Positions 30,422 to 39,382 of a DNA stretch of 64,000 nt are shown one piece after another; the stretch's first letter is position 1; each line of letters starts with the position of its first letter. The notes beneath the pieces are model-generated. The model had not been told where the DNA came from. It worked only from the letters and a program-made list of their open reading frames with translations, and made no database searches. A program made the position numbers and the translations under genes. The DNA comes from Patescibacteria group bacterium (GTDB lineage Bacteria > Patescibacteriota > Minisyncoccia > Phycocordibacterales > GCA-2747955): NCBI GenBank assembly GCA_048538215.1, contig JBLYPV010000001.1, positions 467,850-531,849 on the forward strand, read 5' to 3'.

Positions 30422-30512
30422 AGTATTTGAGATTAGCTAATATATGTATTCATTATAATACAAATATATAGCAAATTTAATGATAGAAAAAAGTATGCTA
30501 CTATATACATAT

Positions 30513-30998
30513 ATGAAAAATATTGTAATGATAATTGTGGTGCTTTTAGTAGGGGTAGGGCTGGTCTACTATTTTGGTGAAAATAAGACAGGAGATAATA
30601 AAGAGGGAGAAGATCTACAAAGTAGTATCGCCCCTCTTTATGCCTATGTATGGCAATGGCAGGAGAGTAGATTAGATGGAGGTGAGATAGTTCGAGCAAG
30701 TGATCCATCTCAATTCGAGCTACGATTTTTAGAAGATAATCGCTTTACCTCAAGCACCGATTGTAATATCTTTACAGGGAATTATGCTATAGAAAATGGC
30801 ACAGAGCTTGGCTTGAGTGAAATTGCTAGTACCAAGATGGCATGCCCAGAAGAAAGCTTGGAGCAAGATTATGCCAATCTCTTGGCCCTCACAGAGAGTT
30901 TTACGGTGACTACCCCTGAAGGAGAAGAGAGTGAGGAGCCAATGCTCGAATTGAATCAAGAAAATAGTAAAATGATATTTATAGGAGTAGCGCAATAG
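30513..30998 (+). CDS. META-domain (HslJ-like) secreted protein
   Basis: Signal anchor MKNIVMIIVVLL; motif LVSTKMACPEE...YANLLALTESF is typical of the META/DUF306 domain. Confidence 0.55.
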   Translation: MKNIVMIIVVLLVGVGLVYYFGENKTGDNKEGEDLQSSIAPLYAYVWQWQESRLDGGEIVRASDPSQFELRFLEDNRFTSSTDCNIFTGNYAIENGTELGLSEIASTKMACPEESLEQDYANLLALTESFTVTTPEGEESEEPMLELNQENSKMIFIGVAQ

Positions 30999-31050
30999 CT
31001 AGATATATATAAATAAAAAATTCTCTTTTAAAGAGAATTTTTTATTTTAG

Positions 31051-31123
31051 TCCCCCCGCTAGGATTCGAACCTAGGACCGTCAGCTTAAAAGGCTGCTGC
31101 TCTACCGACTGAGCTACAAGGGG
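31051..31123 (-). tRNA. tRNA-Lys (anticodon UUU)
   Basis: Manual fold: D-arm GCTCAGTCGGTAGAGC, anticodon loop CTTTTAA, T-loop GGTTCGAATCC. The acceptor needs two G-U pairs. Confidence 0.75.
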
Positions 31124-31410
31124 ATACCTGGTTTATACTGTACAAACTTGTCGTTATTTACCGACGGTCAGGACCGCCAGCTACTATCATCTTAATTGGG
31201 CTGCTCTTCTACCGACCCGCGCTACAAGGGGATACCTGGTTTATACTGTACAAACTTGTCGTTATTTACCGACGGTCAGGACCGCCAGCTACTATCATCT
31301 TAATTGGGCTGCTCTTCTACCGACCCGCACGACGAGAGGATACCTGGTCTGCACTATACTAATTTGTCGTTGTTTGCTGATAGTCCGACCGCGAGTGAGC
31401 ATCATTTTTC
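31093..31410. repeat. 108-bp tandem repeat, ~2.8 copies (third copy degenerate). Each unit carries the tRNA-Lys upstream region plus a copy of the tRNA 5' half
   Basis: GATACCTGGT recurs at 31123, 31231 and ~31339. Unit ends GGGCTGCTCTTCTACCGACCCGCGCTACAAGGGG resemble the tRNA 5' half GGCTGCTGCTCTACCGACTGAGCTACAAGGGG. Confidence 0.7.
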
Positions 31411-31703
31411 TGATAATGCCAATCCTCGCTCGCCGATTGTACCAATATTTTGCTCTATTGCAACGCTTGGCGCAGTCTACATAGCTCTTATTGTCATATG
31501 ATCGGAATATTTGAGAGCGAACCCTTGGATGTTTAATAAAAGCTTTGAGAATAAAATACTATGAATAAACATAGATGTAAATATAGGGAGTGTGCAGTGA
31601 ATATTTCTTAGTTGTGTCTAGAATAATTCGCGTTATTATGAGTAAAGTAAGAAGTACACTATAGTATGGTGTGTTTACTTATTAATATATATAACAAATA
31701 ACT

Positions 31704-32534
31704 ATGAAATATCTGATAGCAAGTAGTATGGCATTCTTGTTGATGGTTGGATTTGTGGCTGGACAAGAGCCAGAGGCAAATGAGCAGGTGGCTTCTGATC
31801 GTCAAACACGAGAGCTACATCGCCAAGAAGCGCGGGCTGAGCGCCAAGATACAAAGGCTAAATTACAAAATGAGCGTCGAGCTAATCTAGCCGAAGAGCA
31901 AGAAGTACGCAAAAAAATTAAATTAGAGCATCAAGAGTTTAAATCACAGGTAGCGAGTGAGCGGACAGAGCTACAACGAGCGTTTAAACAAGCCAGCACA
32001 AGTGAAGAAAAAGAGGCCTTGCGGGCTGATGCTCAACTTGCCCGAGAGAAGTGGCAAGCAGAGCGTGAAGTATTACGCAAAGAGCGTCAAGATTCTTTCA
32101 AGAATACACTTAGAGCACGAGCACAAGGGCTTGATCGAGCATTTACTAATGCGCATGAGAGAGGAAAAGATGCTATCGAGCGTTTGGATAATCACCTAGA
32201 TACAATAGCTAATAAGGGTGTGGATACAAATGAGGCACAAGAAGTATTAGACACTGCCAAGGAAAATCTTGAATCTGCATACACTCAAGCAAATGAGGCA
32301 CTTAGCCAATTACAAGATCTAAATTATGATGCAGGCCCAGAGAGCTTGCGTAATAGTTTTGATGAATCACGAGAAAGTCTCAGGCTTGCTCGAGAAGCAA
32401 TGAAGGCATCTTTTGAAGAAATCAAAAAAGCAGCTGAGGTAGCCAAAGAAGCGATACGGCAATATCGAGAAGAAATGAAAGTCAGAGCTCAAAATAGAGC
32501 TAGTGAAGTAGAAGAGGAGGGTGATTCTGAGTAA
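31704..32534 (+). CDS. Secreted coiled-coil protein (signal peptide, charged heptad-rich)
   Basis: Signal peptide MKYLIASSMAFLLMVGFVAG, then an E/R/K/Q-rich predicted coiled coil. Confidence 0.45.
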   Translation: MKYLIASSMAFLLMVGFVAGQEPEANEQVASDRQTRELHRQEARAERQDTKAKLQNERRANLAEEQEVRKKIKLEHQEFKSQVASERTELQRAFKQASTSEEKEALRADAQLAREKWQAEREVLRKERQDSFKNTLRARAQGLDRAFTNAHERGKDAIERLDNHLDTIANKGVDTNEAQEVLDTAKENLESAYTQANEALSQLQDLNYDAGPESLRNSFDESRESLRLAREAMKASFEEIKKAAEVAKEAIRQYREEMKVRAQNRASEVEEEGDSE

Positions 32535-32562
32535 TATATTATTAATTAATACATCATCATTT

Positions 32563-32835
32563 ATGAATAAACAAACAGCTACATATAATTCTGGTAATAT
32601 CTTCGTTATCATTATTGTCATTATCGCACTCGCCATTTCAGGGTATTTTATTTATCAGCAAATAGCACCCACTTTTATAACACAAGATGAAGATCCAGAG
32701 ACAAATGATTTTGATATGTTAGTGGATGATTTGGATCTTGATTTTAATCAGGAGATTGATATGTCAGCATTCGATGAGCTAGAAGCTGATTTACAGGCAC
32801 TTGAGGAGCTCGATACTATCGAAATAGAGATATAA
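32563..32835 (+). CDS. Small membrane protein with an acidic C-terminal tail
   Basis: One TM (IFVIIIVIIALAISGYFIY) followed by a D/E-rich tail. Start moved to MNKQ to avoid overlapping the upstream gene. Confidence 0.35.
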   Translation: MNKQTATYNSGNIFVIIIVIIALAISGYFIYQQIAPTFITQDEDPETNDFDMLVDDLDLDFNQEIDMSAFDELEADLQALEELDTIEIEI

Positions 32836-32910
32836 GTTGGTGATTGGAGAGGGAGAGGGTACAATGGGATTGCAAAAAGAGTTTTTTAGCAATGATAAGA
32901 TAATATAATT

Positions 32911-33969
32911 ATGGATGCCATATACAGTAATATTAAAATAGAAAAAAAAGAGCAATCCACTCTAGAAATTAGCGGTAGTATTGCCTGGGACAATTTATCG
33001 TCATATTATAAAAAAGAATTAGAGAGACTTTCAAAGCAGGTAGAAATTGATGGTTTTCGTAAGGGCACTGCTCCGCAAGAGATAGTAGAAAAAGAGCTGG
33101 GTGAGATGCGTATTATGCAAGAAGCGGCCCAAAGTGCTTTAGGGGATGCATATCCAAGCATAGTCTTACAAGAAAAGCTCGCAATAATCGGCTACCCACA
33201 AATTCAAATTACCAAGCTTGCCCGTGGAGATGATTTAGAGTTTAAAATTACTACTGCTATTATGCCCGAGCTTAGGCTTGGAGATTATAAAGCAATTGCA
33301 GCTTCAAAAAATACCGAAGAGCTTACCGCCCAAGTGACTGACGAAGAATTTAATCAATCAGTAGAGCAGTTGCGTACTATGTATGCACATTCGGCTGAGG
33401 GGGCAGTAGATACCGGCAAGGGAGATCCAGATAGTATGCCTGATGTACCAGAGCTATCTGATGAATTTGTACAGAAAATTGGCAATTATTCAGACGTGGA
33501 AGATTTTAAGACTCGTTTTCGAGAAGAGCTACGAGATCGCAAATTGCAGGATGCTCGCGCCAAACGAAGAGAAGAGATTATTAATGAAATTGTCTCACAA
33601 TCACAATTTGATTTACCTGAGGTTTTAGTGGAGTCGGAGAAGGATAAAATGTTGGCACACATTAAGGATGATATTACCCGAATGGGGCTCGAGTATAGTG
33701 CTTGGTTGGAGCATTCAGGCAAGAGCGAGGAGGATATGCGTGGAGAAATGCATCCCGACGCCGAAGCTCGAGCTAGGGCAGATATCGTTCTCAAAGAAAT
33801 TGCTCGTTTAGAGAATATTAGCCCTGATGAAGAGAAAGTAAAGTCACAAATTTCGGCTATCAAAGAGGTGCACAAGGATGTTTCAGAAGAACAGATCCGT
33901 GCCTATGTAGAAAACATTTATCTCAATGAAGCGGTCCTAGTCTTCCTTGAAGGGCAAAAAAAATCATAG
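32911..33969 (+). CDS. tig: Trigger factor lacking the PPIase (FKBP) domain
   Basis: N-domain signature GFRKGTAPQEIVEKELG. Only 352 aa; the N-domain connects directly to a C-domain-like region. Confidence 0.75.
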   Translation: MDAIYSNIKIEKKEQSTLEISGSIAWDNLSSYYKKELERLSKQVEIDGFRKGTAPQEIVEKELGEMRIMQEAAQSALGDAYPSIVLQEKLAIIGYPQIQITKLARGDDLEFKITTAIMPELRLGDYKAIAASKNTEELTAQVTDEEFNQSVEQLRTMYAHSAEGAVDTGKGDPDSMPDVPELSDEFVQKIGNYSDVEDFKTRFREELRDRKLQDARAKRREEIINEIVSQSQFDLPEVLVESEKDKMLAHIKDDITRMGLEYSAWLEHSGKSEEDMRGEMHPDAEARARADIVLKEIARLENISPDEEKVKSQISAIKEVHKDVSEEQIRAYVENIYLNEAVLVFLEGQKKS

Positions 33970-34009
33970 GAAATGTGGATTGCTCTGTGGATATGTTATT
34001 AACTACTTG

Positions 34010-34040
34010 AAAAAGCCGGGCATATGCCCGGCTTTTTCTT
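34010..34040. terminator. Bidirectional intrinsic terminator after tig
   Basis: AAAAAGCCGGGCATATGCCCGGCTTTTTCTT. Confidence 0.6.
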
Positions 34041-34201
34041 GTTTGTGCTATAAATTAGCAAAAAACCGGATATTTCTCCGCTCAAATGAGTATTTTTACA
34101 TTCAAACCATACTTTTGATACTATGTAAAATAATCGTTATAATTCATAGGAAATTAGTAGGTTTAGCAGTTATGGTCAATATGGTAAGTAAATGAAATTA
34201 T

Positions 34202-35263
34202 ATGATGACAATTTTACAAGAAGTAAAGATAGCCCGGGTAGTGTTGGGGATTATCTTGAGCGTTGCCATCTCTATTCCCGGCTTTGTGAGCGCTAGCGAG
34301 TGTCGCAATGATCAGATACTCTCTTATAGTATCAATCCCGGAGAGCGAGTAGAATCCTTTCAAGGATTTTATTACGATGTATCGGCAGATACCGATCCGG
34401 ATAGCTTAGGAGTAGAGGTCAATGGCGCACAACAGCCATTGGTATACGCAGAGAAAGAAGAGGGAGGATATACAGCGATTGTATTACTCGATCGCTATGT
34501 TGAAGGAGCCGTGTATGTTGATATATATGCAGAGGGACTCAGTGAGCAATCTTGTGATACACCTATTAGTACCTCGATAGTAGCAGGGCCATTCGATAAA
34601 TATGATGAGTATGGGGTAGCTCTCAGGGGTAGTTCGCAATCAAGTGATCAGGGGAGTCCTTCGTATACTCCACCGCGCACTGATAATAGTCAAACAAGTA
34701 CAAATGTAGGTAGTGACACCTCGAGCGACCAGGTGGTGCAAGCTCCTGATAATGACTCAGAGGGGGAGACAGATAGAGATGAGGGTCTTGCAGATATTGA
34801 TGGCCTTGACGAAGAAGCAGATACTCAGGCGACTACTAGCACAAGTAGCGATGATCAAATAGCCGATGGCGATACCACTCTTGGTGACGGGGCTAATCAA
34901 TCAGCTAGCTTGTGGGGAAGCATTAGCGCGATGCTAGGTGCTAGTGATTGTAATACCTTTGGGGCTTCTTGGCCTTGGTATGCTTGGCTGGGAATGATAT
35001 GGATGTATTTAGTAGCACTGTGGCTTGCCGTCACCTATTTTGTAGAGCCAGCAGTAGGGCAATCTGGGTACCGTACTCGCTTGACTTGGACTATGGGGCT
35101 CGGTACAGCACTTTCTGTAGGATTTTGGTACCTTGCTAATCCTTGCCTTACCCATCTTTGGGTAGCTATTGTCCTCTTTGGACTTGGGGCGCTACTTTAT
35201 TGGCTCTATAGTGAAGAAGATGATATTTCTGGCATTGTAATTGAAACAAAAGATGAATCCTAG
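34202..35263 (+). CDS. Hypothetical protein: N-terminal signal/TM, S/T/D-rich linker, C-terminal multi-TM region
   Basis: ORF only; hydrophobic C-terminus rich in W/Y/L. Confidence 0.45.
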   Translation: MMTILQEVKIARVVLGIILSVAISIPGFVSASECRNDQILSYSINPGERVESFQGFYYDVSADTDPDSLGVEVNGAQQPLVYAEKEEGGYTAIVLLDRYVEGAVYVDIYAEGLSEQSCDTPISTSIVAGPFDKYDEYGVALRGSSQSSDQGSPSYTPPRTDNSQTSTNVGSDTSSDQVVQAPDNDSEGETDRDEGLADIDGLDEEADTQATTSTSSDDQIADGDTTLGDGANQSASLWGSISAMLGASDCNTFGASWPWYAWLGMIWMYLVALWLAVTYFVEPAVGQSGYRTRLTWTMGLGTALSVGFWYLANPCLTHLWVAIVLFGLGALLYWLYSEEDDISGIVIETKDES

Positions 35264-35290
35264 ATAGGCATATTATTAGTATATTATTAT

Positions 35291-35328
35291 AAATCCCCTA
35301 GAGTATCTCGCTCTAGGGGATTTTATTT
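35291..35328 (+). terminator. Intrinsic terminator
   Basis: TCCCCTAGAG-TATCTCGC-TCTAGGGGA followed by TTTTATTT. Confidence 0.55.
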
Positions 35329-35367
35329 GCTCATAATATTATGATTGCTCTATGCTATAATTTATTT

Positions 35368-36591
35368 ATGAAAACAAGAATTTTGATTGTGGGGGGTGGC
35401 TTTGCGGGAGTAAAGTGTGCACTCGAGCTACAAAAGAAAAATATTCCTAATCTCCATATTCGTTTGATATCTAGCAAAAGTAATTTTGAGTATCATGGAG
35501 CCTTGTATCGTTTGGTAGCAGGACGGTCTCCATTGGAAGTATGCCTCCCCTTGAGAGACATTTTGGATGAATCACGAGTGGATATTATCAAAGATACTGT
35601 TGTGGAGATAGATAAAGTTAATCGTGTGGCAGTAGGAGAGAGTGGTAGCACCTACCAGCATGACATACTAGTTTTGGCTCTTGGGGCAGAAACAGATTAC
35701 TTTGGTATTCAGGGTCTTGAAGAGCATGCTTGGTGTATGAAAACAATCGACGAAGCTCTAGCTCTTAAAAAGCATGTCAATACAGTATTGAATACTTGCC
35801 GAGAGCAGGCTACTTCGGGAGCACGCTTTGCGATAGTAGGGGCAGGACCTACTGGGGTAGAGCTAGCAGGAGAATTGGCATTTTATGCGCGTGCAAAAGC
35901 CAAGCAATGCGGGCTTGATAAAAAATTAGTAGAGATAGATCTTATCGAGCGCTCAGGTCGTATCTTGCCGGGTCTTGATGAAGCTTTTGCACAGAGAATT
36001 TCTCGCCGTTTGGAGAAAATAGGCGTACGACTTCGCACCAATTGCTCAGTAGCATCGGTAGATGCAGACACTATCCTTTGTGTGGGAGGGGATACCATAG
36101 CCAGTAGCACTACTATTTGGACTGCGGGGGTGCGTGCAAATCGCTTAGTAGATACCCTGGGAGTAGATCAGGGGAAATCAGGGCGTATTGTTGTCGATGA
36201 CAACCTTAAAATTCCTGGCTGGGATCATATATATGTGGCAGGGGATGTGGCAGACACACCATACAGCGGGACAGCACAAACAGCACTCAGTGACGGTCGC
36301 TATGTTGCTCGCTGTATAGAGATAGAAGAAAGTGACGAGCAGATAATGCTTCCAGATTATTACTCAGGAGCACCAGTTTATGCAATTCCAGTTGGCCCAC
36401 GCTGGGCAGGGGCACAGTGGGGGCGCTCACATTTCTATGGCTCTTTGGGATGGATGCTTCGTCGATTGGGAGATTGGAAAGTCTTTATTAATTTCCTCCC
36501 TCTATCAAAAGCTTTTGCCTCATTCCGCTCACACTACCACTCTCAGGGAGAAGATGGCGTAGCTTTGCAAAATAAATCTATAAATAATTAA
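35368..36591 (+). CDS. ndh: Type II NADH dehydrogenase (NDH-2) / FAD-dependent pyridine nucleotide-disulfide oxidoreductase
   Basis: Two Rossmann motifs: ILIVGGGFAG and FAIVGAGPTGVELAGEL. Confidence 0.8.
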   Translation: MKTRILIVGGGFAGVKCALELQKKNIPNLHIRLISSKSNFEYHGALYRLVAGRSPLEVCLPLRDILDESRVDIIKDTVVEIDKVNRVAVGESGSTYQHDILVLALGAETDYFGIQGLEEHAWCMKTIDEALALKKHVNTVLNTCREQATSGARFAIVGAGPTGVELAGELAFYARAKAKQCGLDKKLVEIDLIERSGRILPGLDEAFAQRISRRLEKIGVRLRTNCSVASVDADTILCVGGDTIASSTTIWTAGVRANRLVDTLGVDQGKSGRIVVDDNLKIPGWDHIYVAGDVADTPYSGTAQTALSDGRYVARCIEIEESDEQIMLPDYYSGAPVYAIPVGPRWAGAQWGRSHFYGSLGWMLRRLGDWKVFINFLPLSKAFASFRSHYHSQGEDGVALQNKSINN

Positions 36592-36660
36592 GCTTCTTAG
36601 GACTTTCTTAAGAGGGTTTGGCTTAACAACAAAATCCCGAGTATTGTTGGGTATTTACTT

Positions 36661-37140
36661 ATGAATGAACCAAATTTAGTATCATCCAGGATAAAAAATA
36701 AGATAGGAGTCGCTGTTGTGTTTATGGTAATTGCAATAATACTGAGTACATTTTTTGGTAATAGTGAATCAGGTGATACTAATATGCAAATCAGCCCAAA
36801 AATAGAGATTATAAATTATAAAGCTCAAATAGCGTATGATTTTAACTATGGATATGAGTGGGCTGAGGACAAGCACATTTTAAATTTTGATGAATGTGAT
36901 TATGAGTTTGCTAATAGTACCGATTCCGCGGATGGATGTAATCAATATGTACAAGAACAATCCTATTTTGATTTAGATAATACCAGTTTTTATGGTTACA
37001 AATGTACAGAAGATTGCAGTGGACATAAAGCAGGATACGAGTGGGCTGAAATGAATAGAATAATAAGTTCATGGGATTGTGGTGGCAACTCGTCCTCGTT
37101 TATTGAAGGATGCATAGCTTATACGGAGGAGTATAGATAG
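36661..37140 (+). CDS. Membrane-anchored hypothetical protein with a duplicated Cys-containing GYEWAE motif
   Basis: TM anchor; two repeats of YGYEWAE...C...C. Confidence 0.4.
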   Translation: MNEPNLVSSRIKNKIGVAVVFMVIAIILSTFFGNSESGDTNMQISPKIEIINYKAQIAYDFNYGYEWAEDKHILNFDECDYEFANSTDSADGCNQYVQEQSYFDLDNTSFYGYKCTEDCSGHKAGYEWAEMNRIISSWDCGGNSSSFIEGCIAYTEEYR

Positions 37141-37148
37141 TAGTAAGA

Positions 37149-37463
37149 TTAGGATTCTAAACTATAAGATATATGTTTAAGTGGCCAACTTCTCGTATTA
37201 CCTCGTTTTTCGAGCTTGGATTTGTGTTCACGGGCATCATATTCCACAGTGTATATCTCATAGTATTTGAGAAAAAAGGAAGGTCTATGCTTCGTGGACT
37301 GTACCTTAGCAGAACTATGTCCTTTTAGACGTTTTTTCAAATTATTTGTAGATTCAATATATAATTCTTGGTCTGGTGTGCTCTTGAGTATATATACAAT
37401 ATATTGTAGTAAGATTTTTTGGTGCGGGTAGGGAGAATCGAACTCCCGTCTCATCCTTGGCAA
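37149..37463 (-). CDS. GIY-YIG nuclease-domain protein (UPF0213-like, ~100 aa)
   Basis: YIVYILKSTPDQELYIESTNNLKKRLKGH is a GIY-YIG motif. The 5' end overlaps tRNA-Gly on the same strand: the first codons (TTG 37463 / ATG 37454) lie inside the tRNA, and no ATG/GTG/TTG follows the tRNA before the GIY motif. Confidence 0.5.
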   Translation of the reverse strand: MPRMRREFDSPYPHQKILLQYIVYILKSTPDQELYIESTNNLKKRLKGHSSAKVQSTKHRPSFFLKYYEIYTVEYDAREHKSKLEKRGNTRSWPLKHISYSLES

Positions 37464-37493
37464 GGACGTATTCTACCACTTAACTATACCCGC
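37420..37493 (-). tRNA. tRNA-Gly (anticodon GCC), CCA encoded
   Basis: Manual fold: acceptor GCGGGTA/TACCCGC, anticodon loop TTGCCAA, T-loop GTTCGATTC, 3' ACCA. Confidence 0.85.
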
Positions 37494-37532
37494 ATATGCG
37501 CTACCGACAACAAGAAGAAGTGTAGCAAAAAA

Positions 37533-38849
37533 TTAGCTCTTGGCAATATAATATTCGCGATATGCAAGGGCAAAAGAGAGGAGAGCTAGGAGGATGAGGG
37601 CTGTAGCAGCTACTGCAAATTTAGCACTAAAGCTAATGGCTACAAGATAGAGGATGAGAAAAAGTAGGGTTTTTGTTCCCATTGATACCATATTTTTCAT
37701 CACAGCAGTCGTGAGGGCGTTTGTTTGATTGCCTATACGGAAAATATTGGCATCAATGGGCACCTGCATAAAAATCATCACCATAGTCGCAAGCACTACA
37801 GAAAAATAATACCAGCTTGCGTCTTCAAAAAAGATACGACCAATCCAAATAAGAGCTACAATGAGGGCGCTCCCCGCGATAAATGAATAGCGTCGATGAG
37901 GGCGAATATAGCCAGAAAAATAAGAGATGACGAGCGCCACTCCCGGCACTAGGAGAGCCAAGACGGCTACTGATTCTATGGTGCCAAAGAAAAGAAAAAT
38001 AAAAATAGGCCAAATTACTCCGCTAGATACTTCATGAATTTTGAATAAGCCAAGGCTTAAGTGATGCGTGAGCACCGTAGGCATACGGATAAATTCACCA
38101 AAAGGCATCATAGCGACGCGCTCGCCCTGCTCGAGACTAATCCACAAGAGGGGAAGAAGTGAACAAAAGAAAACAAAAATCACTACCATAATCACCCAGA
38201 GAGAATTGCCTCCTAAAATAAGGATACTTGATCCAATAATAGGTCCGATAATACCTGCCGAGCGAATGACGGTGTGTAGAATGCCGGTATTTTTCCCTGT
38301 TTGCTCTATATCAATAGTAGTATGCATAAAGAGATACATAGATGCTGTATAGTAGAGGGCATCATAGAGTGCTGCTAGAATACCCAAGAGAATGAGGCTT
38401 GTAAATGAATTAGGGATCACCCAAGCGTATGCAACAAAAAAGGCAATTTGGAAAAGAGTAGCAAGTATAATCGTTTTGCGTGCACCAATATATCCTACTA
38501 GGTAGCCAGCCCCCACATTGCTTGGGGTATTGATTGCATGAAAGAGTACATAAAAGAGTAAGACATCAGCAAGACTAAATCCAGATTGGAGCATCAAAAT
38601 GGGAACATAAATTGCAAGCATAGTATTAGCCACCACATGGAGCCACACTGAAAGCTCATAGAGCCAAAAATTACGATGTCTGCTTTTGGCCACATAGGAG
38701 AGATTGTTATGAGCGCGTTGCCAGAATGATTCGAGAGAAGTAGATCCTGTGAGCATGGCTCTTATTATACTTGAGATACAAATATAGGCGTATAGATAAT
38801 TCTGTTGACAAGCACAGAGGCTCATTTGAGTGCACGGGAGGGCTTTCAA
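37533..38849 (-). CDS. Polytopic membrane transporter-like protein (possibly MFS)
   Basis: About 12 hydrophobic segments; no specific motif recognised. The true start is probably internal. Confidence 0.45.
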   Translation of the reverse strand: MKALPCTQMSLCACQQNYLYAYICISSIIRAMLTGSTSLESFWQRAHNNLSYVAKSRHRNFWLYELSVWLHVVANTMLAIYVPILMLQSGFSLADVLLFYVLFHAINTPSNVGAGYLVGYIGARKTIILATLFQIAFFVAYAWVIPNSFTSLILLGILAALYDALYYTASMYLFMHTTIDIEQTGKNTGILHTVIRSAGIIGPIIGSSILILGGNSLWVIMVVIFVFFCSLLPLLWISLEQGERVAMMPFGEFIRMPTVLTHHLSLGLFKIHEVSSGVIWPIFIFLFFGTIESVAVLALLVPGVALVISYFSGYIRPHRRYSFIAGSALIVALIWIGRIFFEDASWYYFSVVLATMVMIFMQVPIDANIFRIGNQTNALTTAVMKNMVSMGTKTLLFLILYLVAISFSAKFAVAATALILLALLSFALAYREYYIAKS

Positions 38850-38971
38850 GCTATAAACAGTGGCCTATTGCACAAATTCACCCTTACCGTATAATAAATT
38901 AGACATTGCTGAAATATTCATTATTATGTATATTTCTTCAATCGATTTAGTAGTCACTAATCAGTGTGAAT

Positions 38972-39253
38972 ATGGCTAAAGTAACCAAAAAAGACATTGT
39001 GGATCATGTAGCAGAAAAATGCGATATGACCAAGGCCGACGCTGAACGAGCGCTGGAATGCGTGGTAGATTTAATCTCTTCTCGTCTTGTACAAGGAGAT
39101 GATGTAGCAATTGCCGGATTCGGTAATTTCACTACCTCACAACGAGCTGCTCGAGAAGCCCGCAATCCACGCACTGGCGAAAGCGTACAGGTACCTGCAA
39201 TGCGCGTACCTAAGTTTAAGCCGGGCAAGGCCCTCAAAGACGCTGTGCGATAG
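38972..39253 (+). CDS. hup: Nucleoid protein HU
   Basis: GFGNF...RAAREARNPRTGESVQVPAMRVPKFKPGKALKDAV is the HU beta-arm signature. Confidence 0.9.
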   Translation: MAKVTKKDIVDHVAEKCDMTKADAERALECVVDLISSRLVQGDDVAIAGFGNFTTSQRAAREARNPRTGESVQVPAMRVPKFKPGKALKDAVR

Positions 39254-39382
39254 GCGTATAGATGGTCTCATTTTTTGCAGATACAAGGCTCCACTTCAAG
39301 TGGAGTTTTTGTGTGTAGATGCCTCTTTTGCTAAGCGGAGCACCATATAAAGCTTTGCTAATCAGTATGCTACAATAGCGCT

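Noticed and set aside
28568-30430. Several 60-196 aa ORFs antisense to clpB (e.g. 29805..30395, 28986..29294), and similar antisense ORFs inside polA, dnaA and PBP1A
   Set aside because: These are shadow ORFs antisense to well-supported long genes. Their composition is Ser/Arg/Pro-biased, as expected from reverse-frame translation.
31304-31501. 65-aa ORF within the tRNA-Lys tandem repeat
   Set aside because: It lies entirely inside degenerate repeat copies, and has no RBS or homology.
31051-37493. Integrated mobile element using tRNA-Lys or tRNA-Gly as attachment site
   Set aside because: No integrase, recombinase, transposase or phage genes lie between or beside the tRNAs. The genes here are housekeeping (tig, ndh). 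The duplicated tRNA fragment is the 5' half in a tandem array rather than a distant 3'-end direct repeat.
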